NCBI GenBank assembly: GCA_965149945.1
Contig: CBCTTQ010000007.1
Location: 1,645 to 65,644 of the forward strand
Source of the DNA: an uncultured Peptococcaceae bacterium
GTDB lineage: Bacteria > Bacillota > Dehalobacteriia > UBA4068 > UBA4997
DNA length: 64,000 nt
Direction of reading: 5' to 3'
Below, piece by piece: positions 21,057-31,953 of this stretch. Within the stretch, counting starts at the first letter, position 1; the number at the start of each line of letters is the position of its first letter. The notes beneath the pieces are model-generated. The model did no database searches. It worked only from the letters and a program-made list of their open reading frames with translations, and was not told the DNA's origin. Both the position numbers and the translations under genes were made by a program.

Positions 21057-21893
21057 TTATTTCAGTCCGCCAAAACGCCGATCCCGATGCTGGTACCAAG
21101 AAATGGCCGTCAAAAGCTCTCGTTCTTGAAAATCCGGCCAAAAAACATCTGTAAAATATAACTCCGCATAGGCCAACTGCCAAAGCAAAAAATTACTCAA
21201 CCGCTGTTCCCCGGAAGTACGAATCATCATTTCCGGATCCGGCATACCGGCTGTTGTTAAATAAGTAGAAAACAATTCCTCATTCAAATCTTCCGGCTGC
21301 CGCTCTCCTTGCTGCACTTGTCGAGCAAACTGTTGCGTCGCCGTCAATATTTCCCAGCGGCTACCGTAATTGATACAAAGATTCAAGGTAAGCCCTGTAT
21401 TATGTTTGGTTCGTTCCATCAAATTGGAAAGAGCCTCTCTGGCATAGGCAGGCACAGCTGCCAAATCACCTAAAATCATTACCCGAACATTATTCCGAGA
21501 GATCTTACTCAACTTGCTGTGGGCAAATTCCACCAACAATTGCATCAATGTGTTTACTTCATCTTTCGGTCGTTTCCAATTCTCCGTGGAAAAAGCATAT
21601 ACGGATAAATAGCGAACACCCACCTCTTTGCAGGCTTCTACTACTTTATCCACAGAATTGACTCCATTGCGATGTCCCACCGACCGCGGAAACCCCTTGG
21701 CTTTGGCCCAGCGACCGTTTCCGTCCATCACAATGGCAATATGCTGCGGGATTCGTCCGAAATCAATGGGATATTCTTTCAAATCAATAAATTTCGCCGC
21801 ATATTGTTCCGCATAACAATTTTCCGAACGATCCTCACGATCCTCTTTTCGTTTTTTCTGTTTCCCAAAGAAATGAAAAATTCCTTTCCTCAT
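21057..21893 (-). CDS. uppS: isoprenyl transferase (undecaprenyl diphosphate synthase)
   Basis: HIAIVMDGNGRWA...YLSVYAFSTENWKRP; the N-terminal start is ambiguous. Confidence 0.92.
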   Translation of the reverse strand: MRKGIFHFFGKQKKRKEDREDRSENCYAEQYAAKFIDLKEYPIDFGRIPQHIAIVMDGNGRWAKAKGFPRSVGHRNGVNSVDKVVEACKEVGVRYLSVYAFSTENWKRPKDEVNTLMQLLVEFAHSKLSKISRNNVRVMILGDLAAVPAYAREALSNLMERTKHNTGLTLNLCINYGSRWEILTATQQFARQVQQGERQPEDLNEELFSTYLTTAGMPDPEMMIRTSGEQRLSNFLLWQLAYAELYFTDVFWPDFQERELLTAISWYQHRDRRFGGLK

Positions 21894-22105
21894 CTATGAC
21901 ACTCCATTTTTCAGATTGCAACTTTACGCAATTCACCCACTTTAACTTATTATATCATATGTGCACAAAGAAAGAAACCTTATTTTTCCGTCACTACCAC
22001 GGATTCTTTAAAAAACACAGGAGAAAAGCTTTCCCTTTTAACAAAAGAAAAAGGAGGCAGGAGTCTCTGCTCCTACCTCCCTATTATGCTTAGGTAACCT
22101 GAAGA

Positions 22106-22267
22106 TTAATCTTCAACGATGGCTCCAACAGGACATACATCCATGCAAGCACCGCATTCAACACAAGTATCCTGGTCGATCACATAGATATCGCCTTCTT
22201 TGATCGCTTCGCTGGGGCATTCGGATGCGCAGGAACCGCATGCCAAACATTCATCGGTAATTCTCAT
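22106..22267 (-). CDS. 4Fe-4S ferredoxin (53 aa)
   Basis: Own translation: MRITDECLACGSCASECPSEAIKEGDIYVIDQDTCVECGACMDVCPVGAIVED, two CxxCxxCxxxCP motifs, GGAGGTG RBS. It is below the 60-aa cutoff of the track. Confidence 0.85.
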   Translation of the reverse strand: MRITDECLACGSCASECPSEAIKEGDIYVIDQDTCVECGACMDVCPVGAIVED

Positions 22268-22429
22268 CGGTTACACCTCCTTTTACAAAAAATCATATAT
22301 GAAATTGAAATTCATATTTGAACACCTCTATTATAAGCCATCATCTTGAAAATAGCAACTAGAAAATGCAAGAAATTCAACAAACTTTTTCAGTTTTTTT
22401 GCAAAAATTTTTTTAAATTTTTTCTTGTA

Positions 22430-22469
22430 TAAAAAACCACTATCTGCATAAAAAGATAGTGGTTTTTGT
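22430..22469. terminator. bidirectional rho-independent terminator (frr side)
   Basis: accactatct-gcataaaa-agatagtggt flanked by an A-run and a T-run. Confidence 0.7.
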
Positions 22470-22569
22470 AACAATTTCCTTGATTAAGTGCTACCGGGAA
22501 ACAACTCCCCTTTCCACCTTATGCAGGAAGCTGTTTCCATCAGAAAACTTTACTTCCAAGCAAAAATTT

Positions 22570-23127
22570 TTATACTTCCATAATTTCTTTTTCTTTTTTA
22601 TGCAAAGTATCATCAATTTTTTTCACATATTCATCGGTGGATTTCTGAGCGTCTTCCAAGGCTTTTTTCACTTCATCTTCGGTAGCTTCGTGTTTCTTTT
22701 CACAAGCTTTCAGTTTGTCATTGACATCTCGCCGGATATTGCGAACAGCAACTTTCGCTTCTTCCGCTCTCTTATGGGCGGTTTTTACCAGTTCCTTGCG
22801 GCGTTCTTCCGTCAGAGTAGGAATCGCCAGACGAATCAATTCACCATCGTTGGAGGGATTAATCCCAATATCCGCTTTTTGAATAGCTTTTTCAATGGCG
22901 CCCAGCAATTTTTTATCCCACGGCTGGATGGTCAACAATCTCGGTTCCGGCGCATTGATATTGGCCGTCTGGTTGAGCGGCGTGGGCACACCGTAATAAT
23001 CTACCGTAATGCCGTCCAAAATCGCCGGATTGGCACGACCGACACGCATGGTAGAAAAATCATGGCACATACTGTCGTAAGATTTTTCCATTCTTTCTTT
23101 TCCGTTTGCTAAAATTTCCTGAATCAT
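22570..23127 (-). CDS. frr: ribosome recycling factor
   Basis: 185 aa. Confidence 0.95.
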   Translation of the reverse strand: MIQEILANGKERMEKSYDSMCHDFSTMRVGRANPAILDGITVDYYGVPTPLNQTANINAPEPRLLTIQPWDKKLLGAIEKAIQKADIGINPSNDGELIRLAIPTLTEERRKELVKTAHKRAEEAKVAVRNIRRDVNDKLKACEKKHEATEDEVKKALEDAQKSTDEYVKKIDDTLHKKEKEIMEV

Positions 23128-23852
23128 TCTTCAGCACCTCCTAAGAATGTACCTATGCTTTCACCCTTCACGACCCGTTCAATATTGCCGGGCTGATCAA
23201 TGTTGAAAACGATCAAGGGAATATGATTATCTTTACAGAGAGACGCGGCGGTGGAATCCATCACCTGCAGCCCCATATTCAATACATCGAGATAAGAAAG
23301 TTTATCAAATTTTTTGGCATTGGGATTGGTTTTGGGGTCAGCATCATAGACACCGTCCACACCTCGTTTGGCCATCAGAATAGCATCTGCTTCCATTTCC
23401 GCCGCCCGCAAAGCCGCTGTGGTATCCGTCGAAAAATAAGGATTTCCGGTACCCGCGGCAAAAATAACAACACGGCCCTTTTCCAGATGGCGCACTGCTT
23501 TTCTGCGGATATACGGTTCCGCGAACTGCCGCATGGACACTGCCGTTTGAACTCTGGTATAAACCCCGATCTGTTCCAACGCATCCTGCAAAGCCAAAGC
23601 ATTGATGACTGTTGCCAACATGCCCATATGGTCAGCGTTGGCACGATCCATTCCTTGAGCGGAACCGGAAAGTCCCCTCCAAATGTTACCGCCGCCGACA
23701 ACCAGGCAAAGCTCAACGCCTAATTCATGTACGGACTTGATCTGCTGCGCGATGGAGCGAATGGTTTCCGGGTCAATCCCGTAGCCTTGGCTGCCGGAAA
23801 GCGCCTCCCCGCTCAACTTCAGTACAATTCTTTTATATTTGATATCAGCCAT
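23124..23852 (-). CDS. pyrH: UMP kinase
   Basis: [18 protein letters not shown]...; an internal Met was chosen; there is a 4-nt overlap with frr. Confidence 0.93.
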   Translation of the reverse strand: MADIKYKRIVLKLSGEALSGSQGYGIDPETIRSIAQQIKSVHELGVELCLVVGGGNIWRGLSGSAQGMDRANADHMGMLATVINALALQDALEQIGVYTRVQTAVSMRQFAEPYIRRKAVRHLEKGRVVIFAAGTGNPYFSTDTTAALRAAEMEADAILMAKRGVDGVYDADPKTNPNAKKFDKLSYLDVLNMGLQVMDSTAASLCKDNHIPLIVFNIDQPGNIERVVKGESIGTFLGGAEE

Positions 23853-23891
23853 TGAAATGACCCCTTTCAGCAAATCGAAAAAAGCAACCGT

Positions 23892-24797
23892 TTATTTCTG
23901 TGTCATTTTCGCTACTTCCGCAGCCAAATCATCAACTTTCTTTTCGATGCCTTCACCTACTTCATAACGCACAAACGCTTTTACTTTAATGTCTTTACCG
24001 ATTTCTTTCGCGCAATTTTCTACATATTTTTGAACGCTCAGATCATTGTCCATTACAAAAGTCTGATCCATCAAGCAAGTTTCTTTCAGTTCTTTTTTCA
24101 GACGACCGGCAACCATCTTTTCCACAATGTTTTGGGGTTTTCCTTCATTCAAAGCTTGCTGAACCAAAATTTCCTTTTCTTTTTCCAAGAAAGCAGGATC
24201 TACCTGACTTTCATCTACAAATTGCGGATTCATGGAGCATACCTGCATGGCCACATTGCGACCCATAGCTTTGACTTCATCCAAAGCGGCTTCTGTTTCC
24301 AATTGCAACAAAACACCGATTTTACCGTTATGATTATAACCAACGCAAACGGTACCGGGATCATTAAATTTCGCAAAGCGACGAATCGTCATATTTTCAC
24401 CGATTTTCGCGATTTTAGCGGTCAAAACATCCTTCACCGTGCCGTCTTCCATGGGGCAGGCTTCCAAAGCAGCCACATCTGCCACATCGTTGGCCAAAAT
24501 GATTTCCGCAAAAGCATCAACCATATCCACAAATTCCTGGTTTTTGGCAACAAAGTCGGTTTCTGCATTTACTTCAATCACCGCGCCTTGTTTGCCATCA
24601 GCGGAGAAAGCCAATTTTACAATGCCTTCCGCGGCAATTCTGCCGGATTTTTTCGCGGCTTTGGACAACCCTTTTTCCCGCAGATAATCAATGGCTTTTT
24701 CCATATCGCCGTTAGTTTCGGTCAGGGCTTTTTTGCAGTCCATCATCCCGCTACCGGTTCTTTCTCTCAGTTCTTTTACTAAAGCAGCACTAATCAT
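23892..24797 (-). CDS. tsf: elongation factor Ts
   Basis: 301 aa: MISAALVKELRERTGSGMMDCKKAL. Confidence 0.95.
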   Translation of the reverse strand: MISAALVKELRERTGSGMMDCKKALTETNGDMEKAIDYLREKGLSKAAKKSGRIAAEGIVKLAFSADGKQGAVIEVNAETDFVAKNQEFVDMVDAFAEIILANDVADVAALEACPMEDGTVKDVLTAKIAKIGENMTIRRFAKFNDPGTVCVGYNHNGKIGVLLQLETEAALDEVKAMGRNVAMQVCSMNPQFVDESQVDPAFLEKEKEILVQQALNEGKPQNIVEKMVAGRLKKELKETCLMDQTFVMDNDLSVQKYVENCAKEIGKDIKVKAFVRYEVGEGIEKKVDDLAAEVAKMTQK

Positions 24798-24901
24798 GTT
24801 GTGATCCTCCTATCAAAATGAAATATCGTTAATCGTCTGTTTGAGTAATTCATATAAGAAAGAGGTAGTGAGGTTGTCCTCGCTACCTCTATAAAGGCAA
24901 A

Positions 24902-25657
24902 TTAAGCTTCCTGCGCTTCTTCAGCGGGTGCTTCTTCGGCGGCTTCCTGTGCTTCTTCCGCTTCGGCCATGGAGGCGCCCTGTCTTCCTTCAATCACAGC
25001 ATCAGCCATTTTTCCGGTTAATAATTTCACCGCGCGAATGGCGTCGTCATTGCCCGGAATGGGATAATCGATTTCATCGGGGTCGCAGTTGGTATCTACA
25101 ATGGCCACAATGGGAATATGAAGTTTTCTGGCTTCCGCGACTGCAATCCGTTCTTTTCTGGGGTCAACAATGAATACAGCGCCGGGCTGTTTTTTCATTT
25201 CTTTTACACCGCCCAAGAAACGGTCCAGTTTTTCCATTTCTTTTTTCAACTGAGCGACTTCTTTTTTCGGTAACATATCAAAGGTGCCGTCTTCCTGCAT
25301 TTTTTCCAGTTCTTTCAGACGGCTGATTCTGGCTTGAATGGTTTTCCAGTTGGTCAACATACCGCCCAACCATCTTTCATTTACATAGAACATATCGCAG
25401 CGCAGCGCTTCGTCTTTGATGGCTTCCTGCGCTTGTTTTTTGGTACCGACAAAAAGCACCGATTTACCGTCCTCAGCAACGGATCTCATGAAGTCATAGG
25501 CTTCGTCTACTTTGTGAACGGTTTTCTGCAAGTCAATAATATAGATCCCGTTTCTTTCTGTGAAGATAAAACGCGCCATTTTAGGGTTCCATCTTCTGGT
25601 TTGGTGGCCGAAATGCACACCGGCTTCCAACAATTGTTTCATGGAAATTACTGCCAT
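24902..25657 (-). CDS. rpsB: 30S ribosomal protein S2
   Basis: 251 aa: [27 protein letters not shown]. Confidence 0.97.
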   Translation of the reverse strand: MAVISMKQLLEAGVHFGHQTRRWNPKMARFIFTERNGIYIIDLQKTVHKVDEAYDFMRSVAEDGKSVLFVGTKKQAQEAIKDEALRCDMFYVNERWLGGMLTNWKTIQARISRLKELEKMQEDGTFDMLPKKEVAQLKKEMEKLDRFLGGVKEMKKQPGAVFIVDPRKERIAVAEARKLHIPIVAIVDTNCDPDEIDYPIPGNDDAIRAVKLLTGKMADAVIEGRQGASMAEAEEAQEAAEEAPAEEAQEA

Positions 25658-25771
25658 TTTCTGGTTCCTCCTTTTTTGTTATACCTCCCGAAGCTTCCAA
25701 ACATCCGCACCCATCGTATCCAGGCACAAGCGGACGCAATCCACTCCAGTGAGTAATCTAAACCATAGATT

Positions 25772-25800
25772 ATTATATCAAAACCCCCATGAATTTACAA
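25772..25800 (-). promoter_or_regulatory. rpsB promoter with a leader of about 110 nt
   Basis: Minus strand TTGTAA, 17-nt spacer, TATAAT. Confidence 0.55.
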
Positions 25801-25882
25801 GGTTTTTTTCATCCTTTTCCAAAATTTTACGCAAAATGCCGACGACCGCGGATTTTTCCGCGGTCGCTGTTCTCATTTTAAT

Positions 25883-26200
25883 TTAACTTGTAGTCAGACG
25901 CAATCCAACTACGCCGATGATTACCAAACAAATAAAAAAAAGTTTTTTCCAGTTTCGGCTTTCTTTAAACACCAAAATACCAAAAGCAACAGTCAGAACT
26001 GTGCCAAGTCCCGTCCAAACCGCGTAAGAAATTCCCAGCGGCAGCACCTTTGTCACCTGAGACAACAAAAAGATTCCCAGAAATGTGATGAGAAAAGTCA
26101 GCAAAACATACCGCTTTTTCTTCAGACCGTCTGACAGTTTCATAGTCACGGTAAAACCCAGTTCACAGAAAGACGCTAAAAATAATACCACCCATATCAT
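25883..26200 (-). CDS. SMR-family small multidrug/guanidinium exporter subunit (paired SMR, Gdx-like)
   Basis: 105-aa four-TM SMR protein; there is a 4-nt overlap with the upstream partner. Confidence 0.85.
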   Translation of the reverse strand: MIWVVLFLASFCELGFTVTMKLSDGLKKKRYVLLTFLITFLGIFLLSQVTKVLPLGISYAVWTGLGTVLTVAFGILVFKESRNWKKLFFICLVIIGVVGLRLTTS

Positions 26201-26598
26201 TTTTGTTCCGCTCCTTTCGCTGCTACATCCTTATTTTTCCCCTCGTCCTCATCACAAAACCGCAGTCCGATAATACCGGTCAGCAAAATCACCAAAAAAA
26301 CCACTGTCCAAACAGACACCGCCTCATCCAGTACCAAAGCGCCGACGATGGTGGTACCTACAATGCCGATGCCGGTGAATACCGCATACGACATCCCAAT
26401 CCCAAAAGTGCGGATTCCCCGCTCCAACATAAAAAAGCTGGGCAACAAAAAAATGATCGTTAAGACAGTCGGCGCCAAAATAGTAAAGCCCTCCGACTGA
26501 TCCATAAAATACGCCCAAACAATCTCCATTAAGCCGGAAAAGATCAAACAAAGCCAGCCGATATTTTTGTTCGACAACTTACCTTTCTGCGTTTCCAT
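26197..26598 (-). CDS. SMR-family small multidrug/guanidinium exporter subunit (paired SMR, Gdx-like)
   Basis: 133-aa SMR protein directly downstream of a guanidine-I riboswitch. Confidence 0.85.
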   Translation of the reverse strand: METQKGKLSNKNIGWLCLIFSGLMEIVWAYFMDQSEGFTILAPTVLTIIFLLPSFFMLERGIRTFGIGMSYAVFTGIGIVGTTIVGALVLDEAVSVWTVVFLVILLTGIIGLRFCDEDEGKNKDVAAKGAEQK

Positions 26599-26612
26599 AA
26601 TAACACACCTCC

Positions 26613-26730
26613 AAAAAAAAGAACCCGAGAGTAGAAACCTATCCTACTCCCGGGTTTTTATCCCTCCGTGGTAGCCTCGCGGCCGTTATCTCTCGGACCA
26701 GCTCACCGGCAGATGACGGAACCCTAGATA
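26613..26730 (-). ncRNA. guanidine-I riboswitch (ykkC/yxkD leader) with an intrinsic terminator in the expression platform
   Basis: Minus-strand read: CUAGGGUUCCG...GGUCCGAGAG...ACGG...GGGAUAAAAACCCGGGAG, containing the conserved ykkC blocks. It is followed by the hairpin CCCGGGAGUAG/CUACUCUCGGG plus U8, and then the GGAGGTG RBS of the SMR gene. Confidence 0.9.
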
Positions 26731-26794
26731 ACTTTAAACATCAGTTTACAAACAATATCCGGCGTTTTCTACTGCCAGGCTCATATTTGTTTCC

Positions 26795-26823
26795 ATTATA
26801 CCTTAACATTTTACCTTTGTCAA
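26795..26823 (-). promoter_or_regulatory. promoter driving the guanidine riboswitch and SMR operon
   Basis: Minus strand TTGACA, 17-nt spacer, TATAAT. Confidence 0.65.
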
Positions 26824-26844
26824 CTACCCGCCCGATGAAAACTG

Positions 26845-26886
26845 TCTACCGCCCAAAAAGCCCCTGTTCAAAATGAACAAGGGCTT
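26845..26886 (-). terminator. hslU terminator
   Basis: agcccctgttc...gaacaagggct hairpin followed by a T-run on the minus strand. Confidence 0.65.
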
Positions 26887-26901
26887 GGTCATATTGGTTT
26901 T

Positions 26902-28302
26902 TTATAAAATATACCTGCTCATATCTTCATTATCCGCCAAGCACACCAGTTTATCCGCTACATATTTTTTATCGATAATCATATCGGCGATGGAAGCATC
27001 AGGCGCTACAAAAAGCAAATCTTCCAACACTTTTTCCAAAATGGTATGCAGTCGGCGAGCGCCGATATTTTCTGTCGAGGAATTCACTAAATAAGCAATA
27101 TGAGCCAATTCCTCAACGCCATCCTCCGTAAAAGTCACATTTACACCGTCTGTCTGCAGCAATGCCACATATTGTTTGATCAAAGAATTTTGCGGCTCCT
27201 GCAAGATACGTTTGAAATCTTCTTCCGTCAGGCTTTCCAATTCCACCCGAATGGGGAAACGCCCCTGCAGCTCCGGAATCAAATCCGAAGGTTTACTCAT
27301 ATGAAAAGCGCCGGCGGCAATAAACAGAATATAATCGGTTTTCACAACTCCGTATTTGGTATTAACACTGGAACCTTCTACCAGAGGCAGAATATCCCGC
27401 TGCACCCCTTCTCGAGAAACATCCGTATTGCTGGTATTGGCGCGTCCCGCAATTTTATCAATTTCGTCGATGAACACAATACCGCTTTGTTCCACCCGTT
27501 CAATGGCCAGCGCCGCCACATCGTCCATATCGATCAGATTCTGACATTCTTCTTGGGTCAGAATTTTTCTGGCTTCGGAGACGGTCACTTTGCGTTTACG
27601 GGTTTTCTTAGGCATCATGCTGCCAAACATATCCTGCAAATTAATTCCCATCTCATCCATAGTACCGCCGATTAATCCCACAGGAGCAGTTTGTTCTTCT
27701 ACCTCTACTTCTACAAGATGATCTTCCATTTCACCTAAAGCCAATTGTCGTTTAATTTGTTCTCGGCGGGCAGTATTGTCTTCTATAATATCTACTGTCT
27801 GAGACTCGGCGGATTTGGTATTCTGATTTTCTCCGGAAAAAGCGCCGAAAAAGGCTTCCATGGGGTTTTTGGCTTTGTTTGTTTTTTTCTTGGGCGCCAA
27901 CAAATCCAAAAGTCGTTCCTCCGCCAAAGCTTCCCCTTCAGGACGTTTCTTTTCCATTAATTCCGCTTTCACCATGCGAATACCGCATTCCATTAAATCA
28001 CGAATGATAGATTCCACGTCGCGGCCTACATAACCCACTTCGGTAAATTTAGTCGCTTCCACTTTGACAAAGGGAGCGTTGACCAATTTTGCCAGGCGGC
28101 GAGCGATTTCCGTTTTACCGACGCCCGTCGGCCCGATCATAATAATGTTTTTAGGCATAATTTCTTCCTGTAAAGCAGGACCGAGGCATTTTCGGCGATA
28201 GCGATTGCGCAAAGCCACCGCCACACAACGTTTGGCGTTATCCTGACCAATAATGTATTTATCCAGCTCAGTAACAATCTGACGGGGTGTCAGTTCTTGC
28301 AT
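26902..28302 (-). CDS. hslU: ATP-dependent protease ATPase subunit HslU
   Basis: 466 aa, Walker A GPTGVGKT. Confidence 0.95.
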   Translation of the reverse strand: MQELTPRQIVTELDKYIIGQDNAKRCVAVALRNRYRRKCLGPALQEEIMPKNIIMIGPTGVGKTEIARRLAKLVNAPFVKVEATKFTEVGYVGRDVESIIRDLMECGIRMVKAELMEKKRPEGEALAEERLLDLLAPKKKTNKAKNPMEAFFGAFSGENQNTKSAESQTVDIIEDNTARREQIKRQLALGEMEDHLVEVEVEEQTAPVGLIGGTMDEMGINLQDMFGSMMPKKTRKRKVTVSEARKILTQEECQNLIDMDDVAALAIERVEQSGIVFIDEIDKIAGRANTSNTDVSREGVQRDILPLVEGSSVNTKYGVVKTDYILFIAAGAFHMSKPSDLIPELQGRFPIRVELESLTEEDFKRILQEPQNSLIKQYVALLQTDGVNVTFTEDGVEELAHIAYLVNSSTENIGARRLHTILEKVLEDLLFVAPDASIADMIIDKKYVADKLVCLADNEDMSRYIL

Positions 28303-28326
28303 ACTCTCAACTCCTCTTATTCTTAC

Positions 28327-28863
28327 TCAAACCGTTTCTTCCACTAAAATATGATTATTAGTAAAGACACAAATTTCCGACGCGATGCGAATGGCTTCAC
28401 GGGCAATTTCCGCGGCGCTCATTTCCGTATGAGCGGTCATGGCTCTGGCCGCGGCCAAAGCGTAGGCGCCACCGCTGCCGATGGCGGCGATATCATCATC
28501 GGGAGCGATAACTTCTCCGTTACCGGAGACAATGAGCATCTCATCACCGCCTGCGACAATCATCATCGCTTCCAATTGACGCAGTACCTTATCTGAGCGC
28601 CACTCTTTCGCCAAAGCTACCGCTGACCGAGATAAATTTCCCCGATATTCTTCCAAATAGCCCTCAAATTTTTCCGAAAGAGTAAAGGCATCAGCTACAG
28701 ATCCGGCAAACCCGATTACCACCTGGTCCTTGTAAAGGCGGCGTACTTTTCTGGCGCCGTTTTTCATGACAATGCTTTCTCCCAAAGTCACTTGACCATC
28801 ACCGGCAATGGCAATTTTACCGTTTCTTCTCACGCCGCAAATGGTCGTTCCTCTGATTTTCAT
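28327..28863 (-). CDS. hslV: ATP-dependent protease subunit HslV
   Basis: [26 protein letters not shown]; the start is the internal Met adjacent to the N-terminal Thr nucleophile. Confidence 0.92.
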   Translation of the reverse strand: MKIRGTTICGVRRNGKIAIAGDGQVTLGESIVMKNGARKVRRLYKDQVVIGFAGSVADAFTLSEKFEGYLEEYRGNLSRSAVALAKEWRSDKVLRQLEAMMIVAGGDEMLIVSGNGEVIAPDDDIAAIGSGGAYALAAARAMTAHTEMSAAEIAREAIRIASEICVFTNNHILVEETV

Positions 28864-28983
28864 TTTTTCACAACCTTTCTCCGAAGGCAGCTCCATGTCC
28901 TTCAACAATAAACGCCAAAGAAGCCGCCACACTCGGGTTTCCACTAAAATTCAACTGTTGATTGTTCCGTACCCCATTTATTT

Positions 28984-29922
28984 TTACGCGCGAGGATGCG
29001 TCTTTTCATAGACAGCACGCAGCGCGCTCTTGCTGACATGGGTATAAATCTGAGTGGTGGCGATGTTCTCATGTCCCAGCAATTCCTGCACCGATCGCAA
29101 GTCCGCCCCGTTTTCCAACAAATGAGTAGCGAAACTGTGACGCAACGCGTGGGGAGAAATTTTTTGCTTTAATGCCGCTTTTTCCACATAACGGTTAAGA
29201 ATCGTCCGCACACTGCGAGCGGAAAGGCGCCCTCCTCGCTGGTTCAAAAAAAGGGGAGCATTCGGACTGAAGTCCGGCAAAAACATCAACGTATTCTCCA
29301 GCGCGGTTTGGTACAACGCTTCTTGGTAATCTCGAAGAGCTACAGACGCGGTCTCCCCTAAAGGCACAATCCGCTGTTTGCTGCCTTTGCCCAGCACAGA
29401 CAAAAAAGCGCTGCTCTGATGCACATCCCCGATATTAAGACCGACCAATTCACTGACCCGCAAGCCACTGCCATAGCAAACCTCCAGAAGCGCTTTATCC
29501 CTTTTTCCCCAAAGATCCTCTCCGGGCATATTGAACAAAAGGGCAATTTCCTCATAATACAAAAACTTCGGCAAACGCTTTTCTCTCTTGAGACCAGTCA
29601 CTTCTGCGGCGGGATTGGTATCCACAATTTCCAGTTTCATCAAGTAGCGGAAAAATCCGCGCAAAGAGGCCAGTTTGCGATTGATGGTATTTTTAGCGAG
29701 ATGTTTGCTGCTGAGATAGGCAATATAACAACGCAGCAACGGATAATCCACCTGATTCACATCGTCCAGCGCCGATTCTTCTCCTGATTTTTTCAGGTAC
29801 TGCTCCAGCTGATACAAATCTCGCTCATAAGCGGCAATAGTATTGGGCGCATAGTTCTTTTCCGCGGCCAGATACAACAGAAAGTCATTCACCAAATCAA
29901 TCATGTTTTTGGTTTTCGTCAT
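28984..29922 (-). CDS. xerC: site-specific tyrosine recombinase XerC (CodV-like)
   Basis: 312 aa with R...HxxR...Y catalytic residues (HALRHSFATHLLENGADLRSVQELLGH...Y); it sits upstream of hslVU as codV does in Bacillus. Confidence 0.85.
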   Translation of the reverse strand: MTKTKNMIDLVNDFLLYLAAEKNYAPNTIAAYERDLYQLEQYLKKSGEESALDDVNQVDYPLLRCYIAYLSSKHLAKNTINRKLASLRGFFRYLMKLEIVDTNPAAEVTGLKREKRLPKFLYYEEIALLFNMPGEDLWGKRDKALLEVCYGSGLRVSELVGLNIGDVHQSSAFLSVLGKGSKQRIVPLGETASVALRDYQEALYQTALENTLMFLPDFSPNAPLFLNQRGGRLSARSVRTILNRYVEKAALKQKISPHALRHSFATHLLENGADLRSVQELLGHENIATTQIYTHVSKSALRAVYEKTHPRA

Positions 29923-29988
29923 AAAGCTGCCCTCCTTCTCCCGCTTAAGAGAAATTCATTCGAGACCGCAAAGCAAAAAAAACATCCT

Positions 29989-30474
29989 TTACTCTTTAAC
30001 CGTCTCAATATGCAATTCACGACAGATGATTTCCGCCGTTTTCCAAGCACACAATCCCGTAAATCGAATACATTGCTCTTTATGTTCTCCTTTGACCATA
30101 TCCAGACCGCGAGTCAACACGCGGCAGCAAACAGCATGTTTACCGTTATGATCTCGAAACCAATCATGTAGTTCATGAGTAAGCGCCATACATCGATTTA
30201 CCACGGGATCTTGGGGACCGGTCGGCTCCGTGCGGCCAAAAAACATACCCAAAGCAGCTATTCCGCCGTTTAACGCGCCGCAAGTACAACCGGAACGTCC
30301 GATTCCGACAGACATTCCGGAAACCAGCTTGATCACTTCTTGAGGCACATCCAACTGAAAATGATTACAAATCGCGAACATCAGCGCCTCGCAACAAAAA
30401 TAGCCGTCGCGATAAGCATCTTCCGCCGCTTTCCTCACTTTTTCCAAATTTACCTGCTTTGCGTTAACTTTCAT
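29989..30474 (-). CDS. C_GCAxxG_C_C family protein (putative redox-active)
   Basis: 161 aa with the GCTCGALNGG motif and conserved cysteines. Confidence 0.7.
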   Translation of the reverse strand: MKVNAKQVNLEKVRKAAEDAYRDGYFCCEALMFAICNHFQLDVPQEVIKLVSGMSVGIGRSGCTCGALNGGIAALGMFFGRTEPTGPQDPVVNRCMALTHELHDWFRDHNGKHAVCCRVLTRGLDMVKGEHKEQCIRFTGLCAWKTAEIICRELHIETVKE

Positions 30475-30506
30475 TTTTTATTTCATCTCTTTTCGAAAGC
30501 AAATTT

Positions 30507-31919
30507 TCATTCTTCGTTTTGCTCCTTAGCGGCGAAAGGTTCCGCCACTTGATCGGGCATAGGAAAGAGGATTCGAGGCAAATCCGATTTCATTTCATTT
30601 TTTTCCAGAAAAATGTCCAAATCCAGCAATGCCCGTTTTGCCAAAAGTTGATTTTTTTCTCGTTTTTTTCGTACTTTTTGTTCCAAAGGCGCAATCAAGC
30701 CAAATGTCACATTCATCGGCTGAAAATCGGCAGCGGGGGTTGTAATATAACGCATCAATCCCCCTAAAGCCGTAGTCAACGGCCAAACCAAAAGCGATTT
30801 GCCCAAAAGCCGACGAGCAACGTTGATGCCCACAGCCATACCGGAAGCAGCTGATTCAATATACCCTTCCACCCCGGTAATCTGTCCGGCAAAAAATATT
30901 CGCTCGTTTTTTTTCAAATATAGATGAGGATGCGTCAAATGGCCGGAGTTAATAAAGGTGTTTCGATGCATCACCCCAAGGCGCAAAAATTCCGCATGTT
31001 CCAAACCGGGGATCAAACGAAATACCCGTTTTTGTTCCGGCCAAGTCAGGCGAGTTTGAAATCCCACCAAATTAAACATAGTGCCGGCGGCATCATCCTG
31101 TCGTAATTGCACAATCGCATACGATTCCCGTCCTTCTTGACGGGGATTGTGAATTCCCACCGGTTTCAAAGGGCCGAAGCGAATGGTATCCACACCTTTT
31201 TTCGCCATGGACTCAATAGGCATACAGCCATCAAAATCTTTTTCTTTTTCAAAATTTTTCAGGGGAACCGTTTCCGCAGTCACCAATTCCTGATAGAAGC
31301 GCAGATATTCCTCGCGATTCATGGGACAATTCACATAATCTCCCTCCGGATCATCACCGCGGTCATAACGCGATCCTCTGAAAGCAATAGAAAAATCAAT
31401 AGTTTCTCCATCCACAATGGGCGCCACAGCATCATGAAAATGAAGATAGTCTTCTTGAATCAACCGAGAAACAGACTCGGAGAGCTTCTCTCCCGCCAAA
31501 GGTCCGGCCGCGATGATCAGCGGAGCCTTCTCTGCCAACAAATCGTCTAAATCTGTCACTTCCTGATGAATCACCGTAATTTGCGGATGTCCGCAGAGCG
31601 CTTCCGTAATCTCTTTGCTGAAACCTTCCCGATCCACTGCCAAAGCTACCCCCGCGGGAATTCGATGACGATCCGCCGCTTGCATAATCAAAGAATGATG
31701 GCGCCGCATTTCTTCTTTTAACAAACCAACCGCATTGCTCACCCTCGCCGCGCGCAGCGAGTTGCTGCAAACCAATTCTCCAAAATAGGGCGTTTGATGA
31801 GCCGGAGGAAATTTTTGCGGACGCATTTCATATAAGCGTACGGGGATACCCCGCTCTGCCAACTGCCATGCAGCCTCACTGCCCGCCAAACCGGCGCCGA
31901 TGATATTTACATGGTTCAC
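30507..31919 (-). CDS. trmFO: methylenetetrahydrofolate--tRNA-(uracil54-C5)-methyltransferase TrmFO
   Basis: 470 aa: MNHVNIIGAGLAGSEAAWQLAERG... Confidence 0.93.
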   Translation of the reverse strand: MNHVNIIGAGLAGSEAAWQLAERGIPVRLYEMRPQKFPPAHQTPYFGELVCSNSLRAARVSNAVGLLKEEMRRHHSLIMQAADRHRIPAGVALAVDREGFSKEITEALCGHPQITVIHQEVTDLDDLLAEKAPLIIAAGPLAGEKLSESVSRLIQEDYLHFHDAVAPIVDGETIDFSIAFRGSRYDRGDDPEGDYVNCPMNREEYLRFYQELVTAETVPLKNFEKEKDFDGCMPIESMAKKGVDTIRFGPLKPVGIHNPRQEGRESYAIVQLRQDDAAGTMFNLVGFQTRLTWPEQKRVFRLIPGLEHAEFLRLGVMHRNTFINSGHLTHPHLYLKKNERIFFAGQITGVEGYIESAASGMAVGINVARRLLGKSLLVWPLTTALGGLMRYITTPAADFQPMNVTFGLIAPLEQKVRKKREKNQLLAKRALLDLDIFLEKNEMKSDLPRILFPMPDQVAEPFAAKEQNEE

Positions 31920-31953
31920 AGTTTTCTTCCTTTCTCTGTTTTCTCATGGTATC

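Noticed and set aside
24861-24890. A hairpin between rpsB and tsf considered as a novel element
   Set aside because: A stem-loop in the rpsB-tsf spacer is a common partial terminator or attenuator in this operon.
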